A DNA stretch of 50,237 bases. It comes from an uncultured Syntrophomonadaceae bacterium. Lineage in GTDB: Bacteria > Bacillota > Ch66 > Ch109. The stretch is taken from the NCBI GenBank assembly GCA_964556555.1, contig CAZKWP010000001.1:7849-58085 (forward strand). The letters run 5' to 3'. Positions within the stretch are counted from its first letter, which is position 1. Every line of letters begins with the position of its first letter. Shown in pieces: positions 1 through 8,641 of this stretch. Both the position numbers and the translations under genes were made by a program. The notes under the pieces are model-generated. The model worked only from the letters and a program-made list of their open reading frames with translations, had not been told where the DNA came from and searched no databases.

Positions 1-1269
1 TTCTCCGCCGGCGTACAGCTGCGGGTAAACCCAGTCGTTTGCCGGATTAAGCCAGGTATTGTAATACCCCTGATCCCCCCAGGATGAGATTGCAGGCTGC
101 CCTATGGTATTTTCGGGGTAATTGTCTAAATACTCCGCGGCCGTAATCGTTTGCACCTGGCCGTTCCGCTCTAAGGCACGCAGCAGGTATTCCAGCCAAT
201 TGGGCCCTTCAAACCACCAATGCCCTAACAGTTCGGCATCATAAGCGGAGACGATTAAAGGAGGCCGGCCGATTTGGGGGTGGTCTTGCACCCGTCCCTG
301 CAGGCTCTGGGCAAAGTGTTCAGCATGTTGCCGGGCTTTTTCCAGAGCTAAGTCGGGATTATAAGCTATCTTTTGATCAGTGGGGCCCGTAATCGCGTAG
401 TACTTAAAGCCGGTAAAAATCCGGATTCCCGCCGGATCAATATATGGCCGAATGTAATCCGTTTCCAGATCAAACCCTAGATCCCGGTAAAAATCCCGGT
501 AAACCGGGTCCCCCGGATAACCGGTCCGGGCGCACCAAACCTGCCGCGAAGTTTCCGCTTCCCGACCGAAAACCGCCACCCCGTTGTTCGTCAGGAGCGG
601 GGCACTCACCCCGTACGGCGGTCTAGGGGTGGCCTCAGTTACCCCCAAGGTATCCAGGATAAAATACTCCAGCCCGGCTTCGGCGAGGATTTCCTCCAAC
701 CCGGGGTAATAGGCGCATTCCGGCAGCCAAATTCCTCGCGGCTGCTCACCAAGAATGCGGCGGTAGGTTTCTACCCCTACCTGGACCTGGGCTCTTACCG
801 CAGCCGGCTGTCCCTGCAGGAGCGGCAAAAATCCGTGGGTCGCCGCACAGGTTAAAATGTCTAGCTTGCCCATAGCTTGATAATTACGGAAAGCGTTCAG
901 TAAATTACCCTTATATTTTTTATAATAATCGTTCTCGATTCCTTGAAAACGTGCCTGATACCAACGGGCCAGCTGGTGAAACTCGGGATGACTCCAAGTC
1001 CGAATCTTTTCCTTTTCCGCTAATTCTAAGCACTTGCGCAAATACGCCTGGTACCGGTCTTGAAGTAGCGGGTCTTCCAGCATGCTCATCAGGGTTGGGG
1101 TAAGCGAAAGCGTAACCCTAAAGTCAACCCGGTCCTCTACTAACCGTTCAAATACAGATAATAACGGAAGATAGGTTTCAGTAATGGCCTCAAAAAACCA
1201 ATTCTCTTCAAGGCAGTAGTTTAATTCTGGATGACGGACAAACGGTAGGTGGGCATGAAAAGCCAACAT
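1..1269 (-). CDS. Glycoside hydrolase family 57 protein (GH57 alpha-glucan branching/amylase type). It is 5'-complete and runs off the left edge of the window.
   Basis: The minus-strand translation from the ATG at 1269 reads MLAFHAHLPFVRHPELNYCLEENWFFEAITETYLPLL, the GH57 N-terminal HAHLPxVR signature. The same frame is still open at position 1 (..NTWLNPANDWVYPQLYAGGE). It sits next to glgC and DUF4912, as in glycogen clusters. Confidence 0.8.
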   Translation of the reverse strand, partial: MLAFHAHLPFVRHPELNYCLEENWFFEAITETYLPLLSVFERLVEDRVDFRVTLSLTPTLMSMLEDPLLQDRYQAYLRKCLELAEKEKIRTWSHPEFHQLARWYQARFQGIENDYYKKYKGNLLNAFRNYQAMGKLDILTCAATHGFLPLLQGQPAAVRAQVQVGVETYRRILGEQPRGIWLPECAYYPGLEEILAEAGLEYFILDTLGVTEATPRPPYGVSAPLLTNNGVAVFGREAETSRQVWCARTGYPGDPVYRDFYRDLGFDLETDYIRPYIDPAGIRIFTGFKYYAITGPTDQKIAYNPDLALEKARQHAEHFAQSLQGRVQDHPQIGRPPLIVSAYDAELLGHWWFEGPNWLEYLLRALERNGQVQTITAAEYLDNYPENTIGQPAISSWGDQGYYNTWLNPANDWVYPQLYAGGE

Positions 1270-1383
1270 TAAATACCCTTGCGGCAAAACTAGTCACCTG
1301 CCTAAATAAAATATTATCCAAGATAAATCGTTATTTTAATTTTTATAAAATCTTTAAGAAAGGCAATCCAGAACCTAATAGAC

Positions 1384-1800
1384 CTAGCATCGGGCGGAAA
1401 ACCGTCGGGCATACCCCACCATGCCGGCTTGACGCTCCACATCCCGGGGCGCCGAATTCCGATTCCATTCGGGCAAAAGCAAGGGGTTGCTAATTAGCTT
1501 CGCCTGAAAATTTCCATCTGACCACTCACCCCATTCCAACTGCAGCCTTACCCCGTCCGGAACTTCCAGGTAAGCGCTGCCAATTTGCTGCTCTGCCGTC
1601 AGTTCCGTAATCGCAACCACTTCCTCCCCCATCCGGTTACCGGCGGTACCGCTGAAGCGTAAAACCAGAGACTTTCCCGCCTCCGGCACCTCCCAGAAAG
1701 CGTACACCCGACTGGGATCACACATGAGCACCACCAGGCAATTTTTTTGATTACCGGTTGGCAGATCTGTACTGCTCTGCCTAGTTGATTTATACTCCAT
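1384..1800 (-). CDS. DUF4912-like protein (small protein commonly found beside GH57 genes)
   Basis: 138 aa ORF. The motif VLMCDPSRVYAFWEV resembles the DUF4912 core (..DPxWxYAYWEI). It lies between glgC and GH57. Confidence 0.5.
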   Translation of the reverse strand: MEYKSTRQSSTDLPTGNQKNCLVVLMCDPSRVYAFWEVPEAGKSLVLRFSGTAGNRMGEEVVAITELTAEQQIGSAYLEVPDGVRLQLEWGEWSDGNFQAKLISNPLLLPEWNRNSAPRDVERQAGMVGYARRFSARC

Positions 1801-1831
1801 CTGCTTTAACTCTCCTTAATATGGGCTAAAA

Positions 1832-3067
1832 TTAGCCGGCTTCAACCACTGTGCCTTTAGGGATAAAGACAATCCCGCCATCGCTTACGGTAAAACGCCG
1901 GGTGTCTTCTTCCAGATTATAACCGATCACCGAATTCTGTTTAATTACCACATTTTTGTCCACTACGGCCCTCTGGATGCGGCAGTTTCTTTCGACCTGC
2001 ACCCCGCTCATCAGCACCGAATCCCTCACGTCCGAAAAACTGTTGATTCGAACATTGGAGGATAAGACCGAATGGATTACCCGGCCGCCGCTTATAATAC
2101 AGCCATCACAGACGATCGAGTCCAAGGCCATACCTACCCGCCCGGTATCGTATTCACTGAATAAAAATTTGGCCGGCGGCACCTGTTCCTGATAAGTCCG
2201 AAAAGGCCATTCCGAATCATATAAATTCAACGAGGGCAGAACGGAAATTAGATCCATGTTCGCCTCGTAATAAGCGTCAAGTGTCCCTACGTCCCGCCAG
2301 TAAGGGGTTGCGTCCGAACCAGGCTGCCTAAACTGGTAGGCGTTTATCCGCTGCCCGGAAGCTAACATCTGGGGGATAACGTTCTTGCCGAAATCATGGT
2401 CCGAATACTGATTGGAGGCATCTAATTCCACCCATTTCACCAGACTCTGGAGGTTGAATACGTAGATCCCCATGGACACCAAGACCTTGGAAGGCAAGCT
2501 TTCTAAGATGGCTGGATCCTTCGGTTTTTCCAAAAACCCAATAATTCCTTGGGTTGAATTAACCTCCACTACACCAAAATGGGACGCCTGGTCCTTATCC
2601 ACTTCCAGGGTTCCAATTGTTAAATCAGCCCCGGAACGGATATGAAAATTAAGCATATTCCGATAATCCATTTTATATACGTGGTCACCGGCTAAGACTA
2701 AGACGTAAGTAGGGTTGGCAAGCTGGATCGAATACTGATTCTGATGAATGGCATCCGCGGTCCCCAGATACCAATTTTTATTAATCCGCTGCTGCGGCGG
2801 AATTGGATAGCAGTACTCACCTAGTAACCCGCTCAAAAACCCCCAGGAATATCGGATATGCCGTTCTAAGGAATGAGATTTATACTGAGTAAGGACCATG
2901 ACTCGCCGCAAGCCTGAATTGATACAGTTGCTCAGCGTAAAATCGATGATCCGGTATTTACCGCCAAATGGTACTGCTGGCTTCGCTCTTTGTTCAGTCA
3001 GAGGAAATAGCCGGCTCCCTTCCCCACCGGCGAGTACAACCGCCAAAACTTTGGTTGGGTCGACCAA
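1832..3067 (-). CDS. glgC: Glucose-1-phosphate adenylyltransferase
   Basis: The N-terminus [42 protein letters not shown] is the classical GlgC signature. There is a left-handed beta-helix C-terminus. It uses a TTG start preceded by AAGGAGGAGGG. Confidence 0.93.
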   Translation of the reverse strand: MVDPTKVLAVVLAGGEGSRLFPLTEQRAKPAVPFGGKYRIIDFTLSNCINSGLRRVMVLTQYKSHSLERHIRYSWGFLSGLLGEYCYPIPPQQRINKNWYLGTADAIHQNQYSIQLANPTYVLVLAGDHVYKMDYRNMLNFHIRSGADLTIGTLEVDKDQASHFGVVEVNSTQGIIGFLEKPKDPAILESLPSKVLVSMGIYVFNLQSLVKWVELDASNQYSDHDFGKNVIPQMLASGQRINAYQFRQPGSDATPYWRDVGTLDAYYEANMDLISVLPSLNLYDSEWPFRTYQEQVPPAKFLFSEYDTGRVGMALDSIVCDGCIISGGRVIHSVLSSNVRINSFSDVRDSVLMSGVQVERNCRIQRAVVDKNVVIKQNSVIGYNLEEDTRRFTVSDGGIVFIPKGTVVEAG

Positions 3068-3255
3068 TAATTCCCTCCTCCTTTCTGCAAAAAAGTATTT
3101 ATCTGTGGTTGCGGAGTGGCAGACACTTTATCAATTTATTCGCTTTCCGCTCTGATATTTCCTTCCAAAAATAAGAATTTATTATTTTTGGATTAAGGTT
3201 ATGATACAATCAGATGACACCTCCTATTTCTTTATAGATAGAAAGGGCGGCTATA

Positions 3256-3696
3256 ATGAGCCCTAAACCTAAAAAGCGTAAACTTATCGAGCGGTCCGAC
3301 GGCAGTTGGCACCAGGAAACGCAAAGTGAAAATATCGTGCGCAACGCTTTACTCAGCCAGGGTTTGGAATTCCAGCAGGAACACATCCTTGCAGGAATCA
3401 AGGTGGATTTCTATCTCCCAGCAGTCCAAGTGGTGATCGAAGTAGATGGCGAAAGTCACCTGACCGCTGAGAAAAAGCAGCGCGACTTAACCATGACCGA
3501 AAGGTTAAAAAGCATTGGGATTCGGGTTATCCGCATCAGCGGGATGGATGCCCATTCGCCACAAGTCGTGCGGGATTTGCTCCAGGGGATTAAGCAAGAA
3601 GAGACGCGCCGGCGGAAAATTACAAAGCCGCAGGGCTTTAATAATCCACAATTAAAAGAAAAGCTAAGTCAGCTAATAAAAGAAGGAAAAATTTGA
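3256..3696 (+). CDS. DUF559 / Vsr-like endonuclease-domain protein
   Basis: The core VDFYLPAVQVVIEVDGESH...RD...L...GIRVIRIS matches the DUF559 pattern (DFyc..klvIEvDG..H..D..Rd..L...G..vlRf). Confidence 0.6.
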   Translation: MSPKPKKRKLIERSDGSWHQETQSENIVRNALLSQGLEFQQEHILAGIKVDFYLPAVQVVIEVDGESHLTAEKKQRDLTMTERLKSIGIRVIRISGMDAHSPQVVRDLLQGIKQEETRRRKITKPQGFNNPQLKEKLSQLIKEGKI

Positions 3697-3891
3697 AGTG
3701 CATTTAATTACATTAATTACCATTTGTGCATTTAGGAGCAGCGATATTATTAAACAGCGCTATATTATTAAGCCCGGATATAGCATAATACTAAGGAATA
3801 CCGGTTCGCCGCCAGCATAATTTATGGAGCTTATAAATCTGATATACTACCTATAGTATTTAATAATACAGAAAGGCGGATTAAAATAGAT

Positions 3892-5157
3892 ATGGATACC
3901 GCGAAAATCAGGCAGGAATCGCTGGTTCGAGACCTTAACCTAGCGCCGCAAGGTCTGATGAAAATAGAATGGGTCAAAACCCATATGCCGGTCCTGACCG
4001 AATTAAAACAGGAGTTTTCTGAAGCAAAGCCCTTAGCTGGTCTGCGGTTGCTGCTTTGTCTGCACCTGGAAGCAAAAACCGCCTACTTTGCGCAGACCTT
4101 ACTGGCAGCCGGGGCAGATGTCACGGTAGTGGCCAGCAATCCCCTCTCAACCCAGGACGATGTGGTAGCCGGACTGGTGGAAAGCGGAGTGCGCGCCTAT
4201 GCCTGGCACGGTTCCAGTTCTGAAGATTACTTTAAAAACATCGGCCGGGCCTTGAACCAACACCCGCAAATAATCATCGACGATGGAGGGGATGTCGTAG
4301 CCTTCCTGCACGCGGAAAGACCGCAGCAAATCCCGGAGGTGCTGGGAGGCTGCGAAGAAACTACGACCGGGCTGGTCCGGCTGAGAGCCATGGAAAAAGA
4401 AGGCAATCTCCGCTTTCCGATGGTTGCGGTAAATGACGCCCTGATGAAATACCTGTTTGATAATCGCTACGGCACCGGCCAGTCGGTTTGGGATGGAATT
4501 ATGCGCACCACCAACCTAGTTGTGGCCGGCAAAACCGTAGTAGTGATCGGCTATGGTTGGTGCGGCAAAGGAGTGGCCATGCGGGCCAAAGGTTTAGGCG
4601 CCCGGATTATCGTCACCGAGATTGACCCGATCAAGGCGAACGAAGCCCTGATGGATGGGTTTGAGGTCATGCCTCTACTTAAAGCAGCCCCTCAAGGTGA
4701 CTTTTTCATTACCGTAACCGGCAATATTGAGGTGCTGCGACGGAAGCACCTGGAAAAGATCAAGGATAAAGCGGTATTGGCGAATGCCGGTCATTTTGAT
4801 GTAGAAATCAGCAAACCCGATCTAGACGTTTTAACCGTTGCCAAACGGATGGTCCGCCGCAATATCGAAGAATACCGCTTTGCCGACGGCCGACGGGTAT
4901 TTTTGTTGGCTGAAGGACGGTTGGTTAATCTGGCTGCGGGCGACGGACACCCGGCCGAAGTCATGGATACCAGCTTTGCTCTCCAGGCCCTCTCCGCCCG
5001 TTATCTGGCCGAAAATGCCGGCCGTCTGGCACCACGGTTAATCAGCGTCCCCCCGGAACTTGACCAACGGGTAGCACACCTGCGCCTCAAAACACAGAAT
5101 GTAAAAATTGACACCCTGACCCCGGCTCAAAAAAATTATTTGGCCAGCTGGGCCTAG
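3892..5157 (+). CDS. ahcY: Adenosylhomocysteinase
   Basis: 421 aa. The motifs CLHLEAKTA, EETTTG, the NAD-binding loop VIGYGWCGKG and GHFDVEI are typical of S-adenosyl-L-homocysteine hydrolase. Confidence 0.95.
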   Translation: MDTAKIRQESLVRDLNLAPQGLMKIEWVKTHMPVLTELKQEFSEAKPLAGLRLLLCLHLEAKTAYFAQTLLAAGADVTVVASNPLSTQDDVVAGLVESGVRAYAWHGSSSEDYFKNIGRALNQHPQIIIDDGGDVVAFLHAERPQQIPEVLGGCEETTTGLVRLRAMEKEGNLRFPMVAVNDALMKYLFDNRYGTGQSVWDGIMRTTNLVVAGKTVVVIGYGWCGKGVAMRAKGLGARIIVTEIDPIKANEALMDGFEVMPLLKAAPQGDFFITVTGNIEVLRRKHLEKIKDKAVLANAGHFDVEISKPDLDVLTVAKRMVRRNIEEYRFADGRRVFLLAEGRLVNLAAGDGHPAEVMDTSFALQALSARYLAENAGRLAPRLISVPPELDQRVAHLRLKTQNVKIDTLTPAQKNYLASWA

Positions 5158-5305
5158 CGGCTAATTTTTAATTCTTTAAGTTTTAGTTTTGCATGTTAAC
5201 CGGCGGCTTTGGCCGCAACTGGTCAAACCGCCAAAAGGGAATAATTGACTGGCGAACTTGAGTATAGGGATATAGATACATACTGCCTTTTCCAGGGAGG
5301 TTTTT

Positions 5306-6859
5306 ATGACCGTTAATTTTTCCGGCCTGGGTCCGCAGAAAAACGCTCCAGACAAAAAACTTGAAGTCTACTCACGCAAATGGGTGATCTTGGCGGTAGT
5401 ATCCGTAGGTATTTTAATCTCCACTTTGGACAGCAGCATGGTAAATATCGCAGCCCCGGCCATTGCCACCACCTTGGGGATTCCACCCCAAACCGCCCAG
5501 TGGGTGGTAACGGCCTATCTTTTAGGGATCACTGCAACGCTGCTGCTCTTTGGCCGGGTGGGAGACATTGTCGGGGGCAAACCAGTTTACGCCCTGGGCT
5601 TTTTACTTTTTGCCCTGGGTTCCGGTCTCAGCAGTCAGGCCGGGAGCATAAACTCCCTGGCTTTTTGCCGGGCATTCCAGGCTTTGGGAGCATCCATGCT
5701 GATGTCCACCGGGATGGGAATTGTCACCGCCTGGTTTCCGCCCAGTCAGCGGGGTCAGGCGCTGGGAATTACTGGATCGGTCGTGGCTATCGGTACCCTT
5801 ACTGGCCCCCTCCTGGGCGGCATCATCGTTGGCACCTGGGATTGGCACGCAATCTTTTACTTGAACATTATTATCGGGGTAATCGGTTTTTTCCTGGCCT
5901 ATTATTACCTGCCCGCCCACACCCCGTTTCAGTTGGTCACCGCCACCCAGCACCAGGACACACTGGCCCGGAGCAGCCGGCGGGAGCAGTTGGCCAGCCG
6001 ACTCCTAGACCTACGCCAAAAACTGGATTTGATCGGATTCGCCTTTTCCGCCCTGGGGATAATCGGCCTGCTGTTAGCCCTGGGTCAAGGCCCGACCTGG
6101 GGCTGGAAAAATCCTTTAACCATTGTTTGCAGCAGCAGCGGGATTTTTTTATTGCTTGTTTTCTTCCGCTGGGAAAAAAGCAGCGCTTCCCCCTTGTTAG
6201 ATTTAAGCCTTTTTCAAAACTGGACTTTTTCCAGCGGCATCATTACCTCGATCCTGGCTTATGCAGTTTCGATTTTTGTCTCCTTTTGGATGCCATTTTA
6301 TCTGGAACGGGTTTTGCTCCTTCCGCCCCAACGAATGGGTTTAATCATGGCTGCCATTCCCCTGACCATGGGCTTCATCTCCCCAACCTCGGGCTGGCTG
6401 TCCGACCGGATCGACTATAGGACATTAACCGGGGTGGGCTTGATACTGGCTACTTTTTCCTTAATCAATTTATCCCGGCTAGGTCCGGCGACCTTGCCCA
6501 TTCAGGCAGCAGTGGGCCTAGCCTTTTTCGGCCTGGGGATAGCCATCTTCAACTCGCCCAATAACAGCTCGATTATGGGGGCGGCCCCTCTGCCGAAGCT
6601 GGGGGTGGCCGGGGGGATCGTGGCCACTGGCCGGAACCTGGGGATGGTTTTAGGCGTTACCCTTTCTTCCGCGGTATTTACTTACTTTTCGCACCGTTAT
6701 GCCCTAACCCCTTCCGCTCTGCCGGAAGTGGGCGCAGGTATAGAGATTTTTGCACGCTCCATAACCCGCGTTTTTCAGGCAGCCGCCTTAATCAGCGCAG
6801 CAGCGGCGAGCATCTCCCTATTTAAGCTGGCTGTTCCAAAATCCGTTTTTCGCAGATAA
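5306..6859 (+). CDS. MFS transporter, DHA2 (EmrB/QacA-like, about 14 TMS) family
   Basis: 517 aa, highly hydrophobic. It has the MFS motif GRVGDIVGGK after TMS2 and about 14 predicted helices. Confidence 0.85.
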   Translation: MTVNFSGLGPQKNAPDKKLEVYSRKWVILAVVSVGILISTLDSSMVNIAAPAIATTLGIPPQTAQWVVTAYLLGITATLLLFGRVGDIVGGKPVYALGFLLFALGSGLSSQAGSINSLAFCRAFQALGASMLMSTGMGIVTAWFPPSQRGQALGITGSVVAIGTLTGPLLGGIIVGTWDWHAIFYLNIIIGVIGFFLAYYYLPAHTPFQLVTATQHQDTLARSSRREQLASRLLDLRQKLDLIGFAFSALGIIGLLLALGQGPTWGWKNPLTIVCSSSGIFLLLVFFRWEKSSASPLLDLSLFQNWTFSSGIITSILAYAVSIFVSFWMPFYLERVLLLPPQRMGLIMAAIPLTMGFISPTSGWLSDRIDYRTLTGVGLILATFSLINLSRLGPATLPIQAAVGLAFFGLGIAIFNSPNNSSIMGAAPLPKLGVAGGIVATGRNLGMVLGVTLSSAVFTYFSHRYALTPSALPEVGAGIEIFARSITRVFQAAALISAAAASISLFKLAVPKSVFRR

Positions 6860-6904
6860 ACCTTTGACTTGAGGATTTTCGTGTGTTATAATGCATTTGC
6901 GTTT

Positions 6905-6978
<74 letters not shown>

Positions 6979-6979
6979 T

Positions 6980-7054
6980 GCGCCCGTAGCTCAGGGGATA
7001 GAGCGCTGGCCTCCGGAGCCAGAAGCACAGGTTCAATTCCTGTCGGGCGTACCA
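6980..7054 (+). tRNA. tRNA-Arg (anticodon CCG)
   Basis: Acceptor GCGCCCG/CGGGCGT, anticodon stem CTGGC/GCCAG, loop CTCCGGA with CCG at 7013-7015, T-loop GTTCAATTC, and an encoded CCA. Confidence 0.93.
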
Positions 7055-7066
7055 TTTAAGTCACTA

Positions 7067-7100
7067 AAGTCTCTAGCCGTAGGGACTTTTTATTTTTTCT
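7067..7100 (+). terminator. Rho-independent terminator after the tRNA pair
   Basis: Hairpin AAGTCTC / GGGACTT (one G-U pair) followed by TTTTTATTTTTT. Confidence 0.65.
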
Positions 7101-7224
7101 CAAAATTACACCTCGCCAATTTGTGAAATTTTTGTTTTTTCTCTTATTTATCCTTAAATTTATGATATGATGTTTAATAAATTGTCAATAAATCAAGTTA
7201 TATAGTTGAAAGGAGAGAATTTTT

Positions 7225-8298
7225 TTGGCTTACACCGTAACCTTAATTCCAGGTGATGGAACTGGTCCCGAGTTAGTGGCAGCCGCCCGCCGGGTTATTG
7301 ACGCCACCGGAGTCAATATCGACTGGGAAGTTCACGAGGCTGGGGTCGATATAATGGAAAAAACCGGCACCCCGCTGCCTGAACCGGTTTTAGAAAGCAT
7401 TCGCCGCAACCGGATCGCTTTAAAAGGGCCGATTACTACGCCCATCGGCACGGGCTTTCGCAGTGTTAATGTAGCCCTTAGACACGCCTTAAATCTCTAT
7501 GCCTGCGTGCGGCCATGCAAAAGCTATCCCGGGGTCCGGTCCCGCTACACTGACGTAGACCTGGTGATTGTCCGGGAAAATAGTGAAGACCTTTACGCTG
7601 GAGTCGAATTTGATCTGGGAACTCCTGAGGCCCGGCAAATCATATCCATGAGCAACGGCAAAATAACCAACGACTCCGCGATCTCAATCAAACCAATTTC
7701 CTACGAAGCCTCGAAAAAAATCGCACGTCACGCATTTGAGTACGCAGTTCGCAATAACCGCCAAAAAGTTACGGCTGTAGCCAAGGCTAACATTATGAAA
7801 TTCACCGACGGCCTCTTCTACCGGGCAACGCAGGAAGTGGCTAAGGAATACGCCGGCCGGATTGAATACGACGAGTGGCTGGTCGATGCGATGTGCATGC
7901 AGTTGGTACAGCGTCCGGAAAACTTTGACGTTTTGGTTATGGAAAATCTCTACGGGGATATCCTCTCCGACCTGTGTGCGGGTCTGGTAGGCGGACTGGG
8001 CGTGGCCCCCGGCGCCAATATTGGGGACGAAGCCGCGGTATTTGAAGCCACCCACGGATCTGCTCCCAAATATAAAGGATTGAACAAAGTTAATCCTACC
8101 GCGGTTATCCTTTCAGGGATGCTGATGCTGCGTCACTTGGGTGAAAACGACGCGGCGGACCGATTGGAAAAAGCGGTTGCGGACATTATCGCCGAAGGCC
8201 GCGAGGTAACTTACGATATGAAAGCAGACCGCAACGATCCGACGGCCCTCGGTACAGCGGAAATGGCTGATGCCATCATTCGCAAAATAAACGCTTAG
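7225..8298 (+). CDS. icd: Isocitrate dehydrogenase, NAD-dependent type (isocitrate/isopropylmalate dehydrogenase superfamily)
   Basis: The motifs [31 protein letters not shown] and NLYGDILSD are present. The 357 aa length and the RPC motif favour an IDH3-like enzyme over LeuB. TTG start with a GAAAGGAGAG RBS. Confidence 0.8.
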   Translation: MAYTVTLIPGDGTGPELVAAARRVIDATGVNIDWEVHEAGVDIMEKTGTPLPEPVLESIRRNRIALKGPITTPIGTGFRSVNVALRHALNLYACVRPCKSYPGVRSRYTDVDLVIVRENSEDLYAGVEFDLGTPEARQIISMSNGKITNDSAISIKPISYEASKKIARHAFEYAVRNNRQKVTAVAKANIMKFTDGLFYRATQEVAKEYAGRIEYDEWLVDAMCMQLVQRPENFDVLVMENLYGDILSDLCAGLVGGLGVAPGANIGDEAAVFEATHGSAPKYKGLNKVNPTAVILSGMLMLRHLGENDAADRLEKAVADIIAEGREVTYDMKADRNDPTALGTAEMADAIIRKINA

Positions 8299-8402
8299 TG
8301 CCATCCAACAATCTCTATCATTACCTGATTAAACATCTTATCTGCCGGATAAGCCACTGGATCCGGTGCAGATCTATACTGACTTTTCTGCAGCATATTA
8401 AA

Positions 8403-8434
8403 GGCAGCCCGATTAGGGCTGCCTGATTATTTTA
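8403..8434 (+). terminator. Rho-independent terminator of icd
   Basis: Perfect 8-bp stem GGCAGCCC / GGGCTGCC with loop GATTA, then TGATTATTTT. Confidence 0.8.
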
Positions 8435-8641
8435 AATCGAATTGATTTTGGGGTATACCTTTTTTACTCTCCTTAATGATAAAGAATTTCTATTAAATTT
8501 AATATCGATTGGAAATATTAACAACGAGGCATTGAGGTATATATTTTGCCAAGTTAAATGCGGCTTTCACTTGGGATACGCACCCCCTTTTTGGGAAACT
8601 ACTAACTTAACTAGGTTTTCTTTTGAGAGGGAGGAACAACT

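Noticed and set aside
3697-3891. SAH or SAM riboswitch upstream of ahcY
   Set aside because: The region is very AT-rich and lacks the GC-rich pseudoknotted helices expected for an SAH element. No conserved cores were recognised.
5380-6420. 346-aa ORF in an alternative plus-strand frame inside the MFS transporter gene
   Set aside because: Its translation is a Gly/Pro/Arg-rich low-complexity string with no RBS. The overlapping frame (5306-6859) gives a coherent 14-TM transporter. This is a typical shadow ORF.
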